The position numbers were made by a program, and so were the translations under genes. DNA of 63,860 nucleotides, filler included, from Squatina squatina (taxonomy: Eukaryota), in the NCBI GenBank assembly GCA_031763465.1. It is 4 parts of 4 records of this genome, joined end to end, with 100 filler letters (N's around TTAATTAATTAA, not from the genome) between each part and the next. Parts side by side here need not be neighbours in the genome. Positions count along the whole stretch, not along the records: positions 1 to 14,212 come from JARFOE010000016.1; 3 more parts are not named here. One strand, written 5' to 3'. The notes under the pieces are model-generated. The model was not told the origin of the DNA, did no database searches, and saw nothing but the letters and a program-made list of their open reading frames with translations. Of the stretch, positions 1 through 11,792 are shown piece after piece (the stretch's first letter is position 1; the number at the start of each line of letters is the position of its first letter).

Positions 1-819
1 CAGTCCCATAGTAGCAATAAGACATCTCACAAAGGAAACATGTCAGAGAGAACATTCATGTTTTCCTGAGAGTAGAATTGTCAACACTGGGCAAATATCA
101 GTAGTGTGATTTATGATAAGAAAGAGTGGGACCATTGTAAAGCCATTTAAACAAATGGAGTGGTGTTTACTTTTCATATTGAGATAGGTTAAAAGGCAGT
201 GGATTAATGCTTTGACTCAGAACGAGCAAAACCGTAACAGGTTCCCAATCCTGCAGAAAGTCCGTCTGATTAATATACGGCCAGGCAATGCTGGCCAAGC
301 ACAAATCTGTAGCAATCATTAATCCACTTCCATAGATGAGAGAAAGGCAAAAAGGGAAAAATTGGGGAGACGATGTGAGTAATGATCAACGTTAGAAAAA
401 ACTCAACCGTAACTTATTGACAAGCCGGGGTGATTATTTCCAAGTGGCCGTCACCTGGGCAAAAGAGAGACATTTTTAATTACTGGAAACTAGTACAATG
501 GAATTCCTCCGTTACTCGTTTCAGAATCCTAGTTGCATCATATTTGTGGCCTTACACTGCAAAGTACACAGCGTGTACATTTAGCCCAGCATTTTACAGC
601 CCCAATGAGAACTGTGTAAGCTTGTGCACAGCATGTGTTGAATCCATTATGTTTATGACTGTTGCACTGCACTGTCATTCTGCATCTACGGACTAAGGGT
701 AAATTTTACATGAGGCTTCCAACATCAAGCCTCATTCAACGGAATTATGGATCGGAGATCAAAGTGCATGATTCATGGTGCTGCCAATCTTCCAGTGGAT
801 TAACATTAATCATTTATAT

Positions 820-1130
820 CTGTTTCCATTTTGTCTCTGCCCATCTGTCATTTTCTCTTCATCTTTCTCTCCCTCTACCTATCCATCTCTATTTTGTTTT
901 CTGCCTCTGACTATTCCTCACTTTCTCTGTTCATCTGTACATGCTTAGCTGGCTTGTCAATTTATCTCCCTAAATGGACTTTGTCTATCTGTCTACACAA
1001 CCTGCCTACCTCTATCTCCATATCTGTGTCACTGTCCTTTTCTCCCTGCCCTGACATAACTTTTTTTTCCATCTACAAATCCATTTATCTATCCACCTAA
1101 TTATGTCGGCCTATCTGTCTATCTCCCCAC
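820..1130. repeat. Degenerate pyrimidine-rich (TATC/TCTG) microsatellite-like tract
   Basis: Repeated ctatct/tctgtc/tatcc motifs; overlapping ORFs are low-complexity S/L/I. Confidence 0.6.
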
Positions 1131-1334
1131 TTAACAACCAGTTTTTATTTTTCTCTATTCAAAGGTATCTCCAATTTCTACCAATTTCCATGTTGATCTT
1201 TTCCACGTATATGTAAATTTTTCTCCACTTATGTAGCTAACAACGGAGTATATGCTTGTCAGCTGGACTTTCTCCCTGCATGGCAGGTAGACTGTAAACA
1301 ACTGCTAAAATGACAGTTAGTGTGCCTGTGGAGA

Positions 1335-1430
1335 GAGGTGATCACTGGCCTGAAACGTTAACTCTGTTTCTCTCTCCACAGATGCTGCCTGACCTGCTGA
1401 GTATTTCCAGCATTTTCTGTTTTTAAATCA
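1335..1430 (+). mobile_element. Penelope-like pseudo-LTR fragment (3' half of hammerhead-like motif)
   Basis: TGAAACGTTAACTCTGTTTCTCTCTCCACAGATGCTGCCTGACCTGCTGAG; same family as 7517-7604, 12941-13113, 34545-34735, 53720-53853. Confidence 0.7.
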
Positions 1431-1961
1431 CAATATTTTGGGGTTTTTTGAACTAATATAATCTGTCCTCTGATCCAAACACCAATATATTTAGAACTTA
1501 GCTGAAAGAAAAATACATGTTTTCCTGAAAAAATAAATAAATACACTGAGATTTCCCAATCCTGCAAAAAATAAAAAGTAATTTCATATGGCCAAAACTG
1601 AAATTACATTTGATTTATACAAGGTACGATGTACAAACCAATCTTGTGAAAAACTAGTCAGGATCAGTATTATGTAACCTGTTATAGAAGTTGATTTTTC
1701 TTTGTGCTCTCCTTCCATTACATGTGATCCCACAGTGATGATGAAAAAAATGGGCTAAACTGATCATAAAATATTTTTTTTCTCCATCTCTGAAGCCCAA
1801 TTTTTTAAACAAACAAATCTGGCATTAAATAGATTACTATTCAAATTATACTAAAATTTGTCATGCAGTTTCAATTTTAACAATGAATCATTGCATACAA
1901 TTATTACTGTGAAATCAATAAAAATTGGGTTCATATTCATTTCTGTTGACTATTTTTCAAA

Positions 1962-2060
1962 TTAGTTTCCTAACACAGGAAATGAGACAGATGTATAATA
2001 TCCTTTCTTCAACAGCAGCTCCATGCAGTAGCTATACTTCCGAGCAAATGGCAGTGACAA
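1962..2060 (-). CDS. Candidate terminal exon of unidentified gene (LSLPFARKYSYCMELLLKKGYYTSVSFPVLGN*)
   Basis: Acceptor TGTTTGTGTTTTTCCAG, 32 open codons then TAA; phase 0 does not join the 3503 exon directly, but a gap lies between them. Confidence 0.35.
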   Translation of the reverse strand: MSLPFARKYSYCMELLLKKGYYTSVSFPVLGN

Positions 2061-2262
2061 CTGGAAAAACACAAACACATGTAATGTTTATGTAACATTT
2101 AAACTTTAAGAACTGAAACCTGGCAGGCTAACTATTTTGTAACTTTTTTCAATGTACATGCTTCAGTGTTTGACCATGAAACAAAATACAGGAGGTTGAG
2201 TTAATGCAAATAAACATTAGTTTTCATTCTATTGTAAATACCTAAAATGATTTATTGAAGGA

Positions 2263-2280
2263 CCCTAACCCTAACCCTAA
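2263..2280 (-). repeat. Interstitial telomeric repeat (TTAGGG)3
   Basis: CCCTAACCCTAACCCTAA on + strand. Confidence 0.8.
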
Positions 2281-2440
2281 ATAGAATTATACCATAATAC
2301 CTTTTGACTGTTCAGAAATATTTAATTTTGCAACAGCAGCTATTTACAGTAAATAAACACTTAAGATGTTCCTAGATTTAATTCACAGTTACAATATTTA
2401 ATTTTTCCAGGGATCACAGCAGAAATCTTGTAAAACTATA

Positions 2441-3021
2441 GGGGTGCCTAGTTGGTCCTTTAGCGCGAGCGCTAAATGAGGGCAAAACGGATGCTATGGG
2501 TCTAACGCCTGTTTTGGTCGCTAAGTGGCTCCGTTGGACAATTGGAGTGGTACCAGCGCAGGCGCTAAATGGGCCCTGCTCCTGCAGCATTGGAAACTCA
2601 GCGTCGAGCAAGAGATGTCGCCCATGACATCATCAGTCTGCACAGCACCCAAAATGGCCACCTGTCAATCAATTCACCTGCGTGCTGAAACTTAAATGTA
2701 TCGGTGACACACTCCCTCCATTGAGTTGGGGCGCTATTTAATGGGGTAGGAGGGCGCACCATGTTTTTCACGGAAATTAAGTTTTTGCCACTGGAATCGC
2801 GTTGCATGCAATGTTTGTGAGTCGGATACTGCATTTGCTACTGCTCACCAGATCTGAAAAAGTCGGCCATGGGGGCTGCTCTAGCGGTGGACTGGGAACT
2901 CCACCAACATCATATGAGGTACCTCAGGCACAGGCGTCGGCTCCTTTTGGAGCAGAGACAGATGAGGGCACAGCAAAATGAGGGTAGGGAGAAGGCAGCA
3001 CCAGTTCATCATGACCACGCC
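2441..3021 (+). mobile_element. PIF/Harbinger-like element 5' end with start of transposase-like ORF (2869)
   Basis: Begins GGGGTGCCTAGTTGGTC after TA; GC-rich subterminal block has an inverted homologue at 7705-7987; ORF MGAALAVDWELHQHH...RRRLLLEQ resembles N-termini of shark HARBI1-like transposases (recalled). Confidence 0.55.
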
Positions 3022-3121
3022 NNNNNNNNNNNNNNNNNNNNNNNNNNNNNNNNNNNNNNNNNNNNNNNNNNNNNNNNNNNNNNNNNNNNNNNNNNNNNNN
3101 NNNNNNNNNNNNNNNNNNNNN

Positions 3122-3348
3122 TTTCTAAATTGCCCCTCATCTTAGGGGCAAAGGCAGTTAAGGGTTTGTAAACGAGCAGTTAAGTGCCTCAATGAGGGTG
3201 CCTGCCTCTGAGTGGGTTCATGGTGCCGAGTTAATTGTGGAAGTTGGTGGGATGACAGCGGGTTCCTGACGCGCTGTCAATTTCTGCGCTTTTAACTGCC
3301 GTCTCGCCCCAAAACCCACACACTCTCCAGTGGGAAAGTTCCGGCCCA
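3122..3348. mobile_element. Non-autonomous DNA-transposon (MITE-like) fragment
   Basis: GC-rich block ending ...GGAAAGTTCCGGCCC, loosely similar to 50950-51260. Confidence 0.4.
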
Positions 3349-3502
3349 TGTTTCACTTTTTTATTTTCACTATCAGATCCCCCATGTCTATAATCATACT
3401 AAGCCAGAAGATACACTGTTTATAATGAGAACAGTGTTCAATCATCAAACGCAATGTCTTTTTTTACAACAACAGGAGTAATTACGTCTTGATAGCTCTT
3501 AC

Positions 3503-3551
3503 CTAGAAGGTATAAAGGGATTGCTTGATGAATGCCTTGCAATAAACAAAC
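3503..3551 (-). CDS. Candidate 49-nt exon of unidentified gene ((G)LFIARHSSSNPFIPS)
   Basis: GTTGTAG acceptor and AG|GTAAGA donor; phase-1 start matches phase-1 end of exon 6409-6799. Confidence 0.5.
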
Positions 3552-4102
3552 CTACAACACTTGAATTATTTATGCTATTTACATCAGTAGTGTGGTGCCA
3601 CTTAACAAACTGTCAGAGAACATAGAGTACAGTAAGTCAAGCTTTTAAGAATGGGACAGTTAGCTTGTATGGTTTCAGGAATTTATAACTTAAAATCCTC
3701 TTTTGATTCAAAGTAATGTGCATTTAAAACACCCTACAATTTGCTCCTTCAAACCAAAAATGTTAACTTTTCTATTCTTAACTTGAGTCATATTGTACCT
3801 ATGTCTGTAGAATGTTTCATGTATAACACACTATCTGTGTAAAAGACAGAGTATCCATCATTTCCCAGTATGATATGATGATGGACTTTTATGATGAATC
3901 CATTGTTCTGTGGCCAACCATCGAAATGATTATGATCCATTTACTTATCAAATTGTTTTCCTATAACAAGAAACATCTATACATTATNNNNNNNNNNNNN
4001 NNNNNNNNNNNNNNNNNNNNNNNNNNNNNNNNNNNNNNNNNNNNNNNNNNNNNNNNNNNNNNNNNNNNNNNNNNNNNNNNNNNNNNNAAACTATCCAAGT
4101 TT

Positions 4103-4522
4103 GAGTGTCAGCTGTGGCTCAGTGGTAGCATCTTGCCTCGGAGTCAGAAGGTTGTGAGTTCAACCCTGGAGCATAAAATCTAGGCTAACACTCCGGTGCA
4201 GTACTGAGGGCGTGCAGCACTGTCAGAGGTGCGGTCTTTCGGATGAGATGTTAAACCGAGGCCCCGTCTGCCCTCTCAAGTGGATGTAAAAAAATCCCAT
4301 GACACTATTTCAAAGAAGAGCAGGGGAGTTCTCTCTGGTATCTCGGCCAATATTGATCCCTGAACCAACACCTAAAAACAGATTATCTGGTCATTATCAC
4401 TTTGCTGTTTTGTGGACCTTGCTGTGTGCANNNNNNNNNNCTTCAAAAAGTACTTACTTGGCTCTGGGTCGTCCTGAGAGCCGGACAGGCTTTATAAATA
4501 CAAGTCATTATTTTCTTTTCTT
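4103..4522 (+). mobile_element. Near full-length DeuSINE (SacSINE1/AmnSINE1-like)
   Basis: tRNA-like head (TGGCTCAGTGG A box, GAGTTCAACCC B box), Deu-domain GTCTTTCGGATGAGATGTTAAACCGAGGCCCCGTCTG, tail TATAAATACAAGTC. Confidence 0.85.
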
Positions 4523-6408
4523 TCAAGTTTGCTGACAAAATCAAATTGGGGCAGGACATAAATAGTAAGGAACAAACAGATCAGTTGCAGAGGTTTGGAC
4601 CAAAAACTGGGAGATTTTGGTTACTGTAGAGAAATGCAAACTCATGAAGTTGGTACCAGGAAAACAAAATGCAAAATAAGTGGTAACATTCAAAAGGAAA
4701 AGAAAGGAGTCTGGGTATATTGATGGAATACACCTTAAAACATCTCCGCACAATGTGCAACAATAGTGAAAAAGTCAAACCAGATCTTGGGGACATACAG
4801 CTCCAAGGACAGAGCACAAGTGCCACCAAGTGATAGCTAGTTTGTAAAGCACTGGTCCATCTTGGGCATCATCTACAAAAACTGGCCCAGACTAATTTCT
4901 AGGCCTTTGTCTCTTCATTATTTGTGTGCCTAATTTGATACTTGAAGCAGAATTTTGATTCTCATTAGTAAAAGTCTGGGCTCTAGAAGCACTCTACTAT
5001 TTTCCTTAATGTGCTACACAGGTAACCACTCAGGGAGACTGAACAATGATTTAGAGAGCCAATTATACAATAATTCAAAATCTTTCCGAGATGTGCAGAT
5101 TGCAAAAAGCTAGTTTTCTAATCTATAGTTTTTTTTTAAGAATGCACCCTGTTGGATAAAAATCATTAAATTAAAATTATAAGCCAATGGTGTTGTTTGT
5201 GTTGAATTTTTTTTCATTTTGCTGAGGGGGATATGATGTTTGTGGCAGGATGAAAGGATAATATTTATAAGGTGCTTTGATGTTCTTTTTGAACATTGCA
5301 ACGGGGGTTCATTAGTCAGTGAACTCAAACCATGAAGAATGACCACCTGTTCAGGTGACTGTCTTTAGAGACTCGGGAGCATGGGAAAAATCTCCTTGGC
5401 ACTACTACATCAATCACAGTTTCAACAAGAACTGCAAATTCCAGGGAAGGGGAAATAAGGCAAAAAAAATACATTTCAGAATTGTGTAATAAAATTACTT
5501 AGAAAAGAAGGAATGTTTTAAGGAGGAAAGAATAAAATAAAACATATATCTTAAGAAAATGCGGCAATTCCACCATGGAGTTGGAGCAAAAATAAAGATA
5601 AATAAATAACTGAGAATGGGGAGTGGCAAACAAATTTAATTGCAATAATGTAATATCTAAATAGTGTTGCAAGATCTTTCAGTATCAGAAAGGTTTACAA
5701 TACTTTTACCTCGAGTCGCTCATGAAATAATGCTTACAGTCATGACCAATCCACTCACATTTAGTAGGTCAATAGTAAAGAATAAAATTACATTTCTAAT
5801 CTATTATCAGTGAGCAACGCCACGGCAGAACTACTTTTACCCACTTCATTTTTTTGATATCTTTAATGTTAAATCTGATGGATTATTAAAAATAAATCTT
5901 AGTAAATTCAGTAACTATTATGTTTCTAATATAAATAATTTAGACATTAAATTAGATACTGAATACGGCTGCACAAACTTTCTCCTGTAATTGAACAAAA
6001 CTTGTATTTGTAATCTGAATATTCTGCATCTATCCCTACATACAGATTTTTGAACTTGTCTTTTTTGCGACCATAAATACACTTTTGTTCACCGATCCAT
6101 ATTGAAGTGGCAATAAAAATGTATTGTATTCAGTTATTAGCACTAAGAGAGTATGTCTTCTGGAACCCTTATGACAGGGAAGCATATAGTTGATATCTTC
6201 ATACTATTCTTATCCATTTGCCAGATTGAATTTGATTTCACTGCGGGATTAAGTAGACACTCTAACAAATTTCAATAGTATTGAACTGGTCCCCAAATAT
6301 TCTGTTTCTTATCTGAACTGGAAGATCTTATGTTTCCCATTATGTGATTCCTTTTCTATGTAATATCAGAAATTAATTTTGCTATTGAATGTGGCTGATG
6401 AGCTTTAC

Positions 6409-6799
6409 CTTTAGAACTAGTACAAGACAAAAATCCAGATTTCTCCATGTTGTTATTCTTCCATCCCTTAACCAGTGAAATTAACTTGTCCATTGATGTC
6501 ATTATTTCTGTCTGTCCATTATGATGTGGTTTAACTGCTTTTTTTCTGGGTGGACTCTCTGAATCATCAAAACATACATCATTGCTTGAAGCGTAAGAAT
6601 CCTCAGCAACTTGCTTCTCTCCAACAAAAAATGCGTTTAATTTACTTTTTCTTGCTTTACGAGGTGAAAGAGTTGTGCTGTAATTTTTAGGAGCTGGACT
6701 CGTGGTCATGTTTCTTGTCTGAGAAGCTGTCTTATTACCGCAGTTCCAACTGGTCATTCTGCATTGATCTATTTCAGTGACAGCATTGCTGGTATGTTC
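6409..6799 (-). CDS. Candidate 391-nt exon of unidentified gene (Ser/Thr/Lys-rich)
   Basis: TTTTTGGTCTCCCAG acceptor, 130 open codons in AT-rich DNA, AAG|GTAAAG donor; phase 0 start fits exon 8714-8826. Confidence 0.65.
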
Positions 6800-7039
6800 C
6801 TGGGAGACCAAAAAGTTAACTATTTAAGTGATTATTGGCAAGAAATACTGTAATTAAGTACATATAATTGTGGTAATTAGCTTTGAACAGATGTCTTGAA
6901 CAGAAGAACAAGGAACTGATGCTAAACATTAATAAAGCGATGGTTAGAAGTCAGCCGTAAAAGTGGTAAAATTCTATACGCAAAACTTTATCAACTAGGA
7001 AGGCAGGACTTCAACTGTAGAAATTGGAATTCCATTCCA

Positions 7040-7412
7040 TCCAGCAGAACACCTGATGGGAGACCTAATCAAGCTATTCCCAACGGTATTGTGTGTTCAT
7101 AAAGCAAGTAGTGATAAACTGTTTCCTCTTGGCAATGGGTCGGCAAGCAATGGTTACAGATATAATATAATGGAAAATGATGTGAAAGTATTTGACACAA
7201 AGGATAGTTGATGCACCAACTGAAATCGGGGTGGAATCAGATCCCATATGAACTTTCAAATGGAAACTGGAAGTGTACTTGAAGAGTAATAATTTGCATG
7301 GTTACGATTAAAATGCTTGAGGCTGGGATTAAATAGGACTGTTCTTTCATAAAGACTCCACAGCGAGGACGGTCCAAATGGCCTCATTCTCGGCTAATTA
7401 ATTCTCTGATTC
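7040..7412 (+). mobile_element. Decayed CR1 LINE 3' end
   Basis: GGGAGACCTAATC...CTGTTTCCTCTTGGC...CCAAATGGCCTC, typical CR1 3' layout. Confidence 0.65.
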
Positions 7413-7516
7413 GAACTAAATAAGATGTTTCGAGTCACCTGTTCGCAAATAAATGTAATAATCCATGGCAGGTTGAAATATGTCCCTTTGGCTCACCGAC
7501 AAATAAACAGCCTGAA

Positions 7517-7604
7517 ATGAAACACAAAAGCGAAATACTGCGAATGCTGGAATCTAGAATACAAACAAAAAATGCTGGAAAAACTCAGCAGGTCAGGCAG
7601 CATC
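7517..7604 (-). mobile_element. Penelope-like pseudo-LTR fragment
   Basis: Reverse complement of GATGCTGCCTGACCTGCTGAGTTTTTCCAGCATTTTT; runs into a gap. Confidence 0.7.
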
Positions 7605-7704
7605 NNNNNNNNNNNNNNNNNNNNNNNNNNNNNNNNNNNNNNNNNNNNNNNNNNNNNNNNNNNNNNNNNNNNNNNNNNNNNNNNNNNNNNNNNNNNNNNN
7701 NNNN

Positions 7705-7987
7705 GAAAAACCAGGCGGTGTCACCGCTACTTTTAAAGGTTTGGAACGGAAGTGAATTCATTGTCAGGTGGCCATTTTGGGTGTTGCGCCTGATGATGAC
7801 GTCATGGACGCCATCCAACGCCCGGCGCCAAGTTTGCAGCGCTGCTGGAGCAGCGCCCATTTAGCGCTTATGCTGCTCCAATGCCAATTCAGCATCGGAG
7901 CCCCTTAGCGCCGAAAACGGGCATAGATCCCTTGCGCCCGTTTAGCCCTCATTTTGCGCTTGCACTGGCAGACCAATTGGGCGCCCA
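7705..7987 (-). mobile_element. Harbinger-like terminal segment, inverted homologue of 2441-2710
   Basis: Shares CAGCACCCAAAATGGCCACCTG(T/A)CAAT(C/G)AATTCAC and terminal GGGYGCCYARTTGGTC. Confidence 0.65.
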
Positions 7988-8004
7988 TACTATTTAATTA
8001 ATTT

Positions 8005-8445
8005 TAATATTTGAGCTGTTTTTAAAATTTATTTTTAAGTGCTTGTGGTGTTTTTGGTATCTCCATTCATGTTATCTACTGATGTCTGTATATTCGGAGA
8101 TCAGTAGAAGTATGAATGGGGAGACCCCTACCTTGATTGGCTGGGGCCTCCCACGTAATCCTAGCAGCATCTGCGAAGCACATACGTTGCTAGGATACCT
8201 GGGCCTCTATGCTGACGTTCACAGTGAGGCCCAGTAGCACAAGTCTGCGAACCTACCAGGTACTTTCAGAAAAATCTTTCCGGTCGGAGGCCTGTGCCCG
8301 CGGGAAGGCTCCAACTGAAATTTCAGGGCTAATATTTCTTATATGGGGCAGAAACCTGGTGGATCTGGGTTCTGCCCCAAATTATAGCCCCACCTAGCAG
8401 AAGCGCCAGTTGTACACCCTGCGATTCACGGAATTACAGGGCCAA
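8005..8445. mobile_element. Adjacent MITE-like fragments
   Basis: Ends GAAATTTCAGGGC (~8329) and GAATTACAGGGCC (~8443), complementary to GGCCCTGAAATT at 8922. Confidence 0.5.
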
Positions 8446-8713
8446 TATATCAAAATGAATGAATTAACTTTTTAAAATATCAATCACGATAACAATGACC
8501 AGGTTAGATATCTAAATAACAAAGCACATTTTTTCTGTTTCATCTATTTTAATGGTAATAATGTTAGTAATAAACTGATTATATCTCCAAAAAAGCATCA
8601 ATGATTGTTACTTACATATTTATTATTTGATAATATAATGATAGCAGGGTTAGGATGTGTACCAGTGAATAGGTGATACACAAGATAGAGAGTAGAACAG
8701 TGAACTGACATAC

Positions 8714-8826
8714 CTTCAGGAAGGTATTCAGATAAGTGGCATACCAATAGTTTCCCACATAAACTTTCACAATCTGATGAAGAGTATGGCTGTCTACATC
8801 AGCAGTCCAACTGTCATCCAAAGAAC
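8714..8826 (-). CDS. Candidate 113-nt exon of unidentified gene ((G)SLDDSWTADVDSHTLHQIVKVYVGNYWYATYLNTFLK)
   Basis: TATTTTTAAG acceptor and AAG|GTATGT donor; open frame with globular-looking peptide. Confidence 0.65.
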
Positions 8827-8921
8827 CTTAAAAATACATCAATTTAAAGTTGTGAATCAGTGTAGTTAGAAAATTGCATTTATTTGAATAAGTAGCAACA
8901 TTAGCTTGTTTCAATATCATT

Positions 8922-9112
8922 GGCCCTGAAATTGCGATCGGAGGATTCCTGTGTGCGGGAACCTCCGATTGCAATTATCTCTACGTACTTAAGGGTCCTG
9001 GATCCACGCGACCTTGCAATATTCAGCAGCCCCGAGCTGGAGGTTCGGAGCGGGATTCTCTAGCTTCCTGGGCAAGTCGAGCGAAGAGGCTGGAGAGGTC
9101 ACACCCAGCTAA
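8922..9112. mobile_element. MITE-like element end with subterminal hairpin
   Basis: GGCCCTGAAATTGCGATCGGAGG...CCTCCGATTGCAATT. Confidence 0.5.
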
Positions 9113-9242
9113 NNNNNNNNNNNNNNNNNNNNNNNNNNNNNNNNNNNNNNNNNNNNNNNNNNNNNNNNNNNNNNNNNNNNNNNNNNNNNNNNNNNNNNNN
9201 NNNNNNNNNNNNCCTGCACCTATTTTCTATGTTTCTATTTAC

Positions 9243-9434
9243 CCAATAGAATATCGATACCATTCGTGTTGGGAACACTGCAATGCTTTCTGCAATTGTT
9301 CATGCAAGGATTTTTTTTTTAAATATCCCAAATAAATGACATTTTTCAGCCACAGAATTTCTCTGCAGCGATTTTTATTGTGGTTATAATGAAGGCGCAT
9401 TGTGTTTTCTGGTGGAATAGCTGAGTTGGTTAAA
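9243..9434 (-). CDS. Candidate 192-nt symmetric (phase 2-2) exon of unidentified gene
   Basis: TTTTTTCTTATCACCTCATAG acceptor, GG|GTAAAT donor; LTNSAIPPENTMRLHYNHNKNRCREILWLKNVIYLGYLKKKSLHEQLQKALQCSQHEWYRYSI. Confidence 0.6.
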
Positions 9435-11587
9435 CTATGAGGTGATAAGAAAAAACTAAAATGTGAATCTTCACCATTCGCACACACAATCGGGACAAAA
9501 GGAAACTTTTTATTTAAGATACGTTCTTGGGATTGAACGGGAGGAACTGTACAAAGAGTTATTGATAATTGGATTGTTCTTTTGTTAAAATGAAAAAAAA
9601 TCCTATGATATTTTGAGGGTCATCAGCTCCTAAATAATATTTTTCAAAATCACTGTTAAATCTGAGGTATAGGTGGCCCAATGCATGTTAGGGATTTGGA
9701 TGAAGGATATAGTGGTCTTTCATAATGCTAATCTTGTTGGGTCGTCATTGGAAGTTCCTGTAGGTGTGCATTGTTTAAATGAACAGTTCCTGAGTTTATG
9801 ACTCTTCGGGCATAAACGGTCATATTTACAAATTAAGGACAACAAAGGAAAATAGGAAATGCAAGAGGAACTTTCTTACTAAAAGGATGGTGGAACAGAT
9901 TACTGACATGGAACAAAAAACCGTAAGTGTTTCAATAAAAAAAAATCAAACAGATTCAGGTCTACTAATAGGATTCAGGATTACTGGAAATGAACCAAGG
10001 GAATACTGTGGGCTGGATGGACCAAAGGCCCTCTCTTGCCTGAAACTGCTACTCAGTTACTAGTTGTGGGAAGTTTTAATAATTCCAAAATAGTTTGGAT
10101 AGGGTAAATGTTAGTGTTGAGAAAGTCAAGGATTTTTTTGCAATGTGTTCAGGACTGTTCATAACTACCTGAAGAGAAACATACTGTTATATACACTTAA
10201 TGAATCTATATTATCGCTATTTGATCTTCTATTATAGCAGTGTATATGTGATTAAAATTAGTTGAAAAATGTCTTAACTTTATACAAAAATAACTTTAGT
10301 ATGTGATAAATGTTGTGCAAACATAATTTTAGACAACAAATGCATTTGACCTCAGCAGGCAATTAGAATGAAATGTAATTAACAGTAAACCTAATATAAG
10401 CACCTGACATGTTTAAAAAGAACTCCATTGCCAAAAATAAATAGCTTCATCCCATCAAGGCTGCTCTCAATGCAAAGCTGTCCTAGTGCTGAATCTGGGT
10501 ATTTCACTAACAATTCCAGGGCAAGGACATATAATGGTTTATCTGCTGTATCACATACAGGGTTACAACCCCCTTCAGGATGATGTATAGAACAGACAGG
10601 GATAGAGACATCTTTGGGACTACCACCTATAATAAAAGAGAGGTGCAGATTAATTCACTTAACTAATGATTGCAAGTGGCCACAAAACATACTAGGGTAG
10701 ATTTTCAACTTACCATCTGGGTGTAAAATCACCTGNNNNNNNNNNNNNNNNNNNNNNNNNNNNNNNNNNNNNNNNNNNNNNNNNNNNNNNNNNNNNNNNN
10801 NNNNNNNNNNNNNNNNNNNNNNNNNNNNNNNNNNNCTAGAAATAATATATTAAATGAAATGTCAACACTAATCTACCCCTGTAATCAGTAAGATTTTGGA
10901 CTTTTTCAGCCTCACTTTAAAGTTTCCTATAAATTGTCAAATTACTCCTGAACAATTTCCAACTCAAAGCTACTCTAAACCAGCAAAAATGTGCCAGGAA
11001 TTTACACACTCAACCTTCCCATTTCTATGGCAAGTATTTTTAACAATTATCATTGTGTCAAAATTCTGAGTTGAACACCTCTATTATAAACCTCACCACA
11101 ATTAGTAGTCCAATTAACTTTTTTAATTCATTCTGCATTCTCTCCAAGTCTGCTCGTTCAAAGTTCAATTTTTGTGACACATCTGCAGACTTAAATTCTA
11201 ATACCATGAACATTGCAATTTAGATGCTCTCCATGTTGATGACCGTGTTGGATGTTTGCTAGACAGTGTATGGTACAATTAGGTATTTGTCTCTATGTTG
11301 AGAGTGTTTTCTTTTGATCATCTTATGCAACAAAGCACAGGACAAAGTATTGAGAAGTCACTCTCCACAAGAAAGCACATACTGTTATAATGGAATTAGA
11401 ATACAGCCTTGTAAACATGCCCTGCTCTACATATTATCCATGGCCAATACCTGTTGCAAAGATGTCAGACACATTGCTGTTGCTTGTNNNNNNNNNNNNN
11501 NNNNNNNNNNNNNNNNNNNNNNNNNNNNNNNNNNNNNNNNNNNNNNNNNNNNNNNNNNNNNNNNNNNNNNNNNNNNNNNNNNNNNNN

Positions 11588-11792
11588 ATCAGGTTGGTGT
11601 GTGACCTGGAGGTGACGCGTTTCCATGCACCGACTGGCATTGTCCTTCTAGGCGGTGGATATTACATGCTTGGGAGGTGCTGCTGAAGAAGATTTGGCAA
11701 GCTGCTGCAGCACATTCTGTAGATAGTGCACACTGCAGCCACGGTGGAGGTTTAAGGTGGTGGATGGTCGTTCCGATCAAGCAAACTGCTGA
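11588..11792 (-). mobile_element. LINE (CR1/L2 group) ORF2 3' fragment
   Basis: Minus strand gives ...IGTTIHHLKPP...AVCTIYRMCCSSLPNLLQQHLPS..., typical of LINE ORF2 C-termini. Confidence 0.6.

Noticed and set aside
1998-2006. U12-type donor ATATCCTTT on + strand
   Set aside because: Isolated short match with no partner AC acceptor or supporting + strand exons
4103-4170. tRNA gene (also 38560 and ~57300)
   Set aside because: A/B boxes run into SINE bodies or are decayed; no complete cloverleaf
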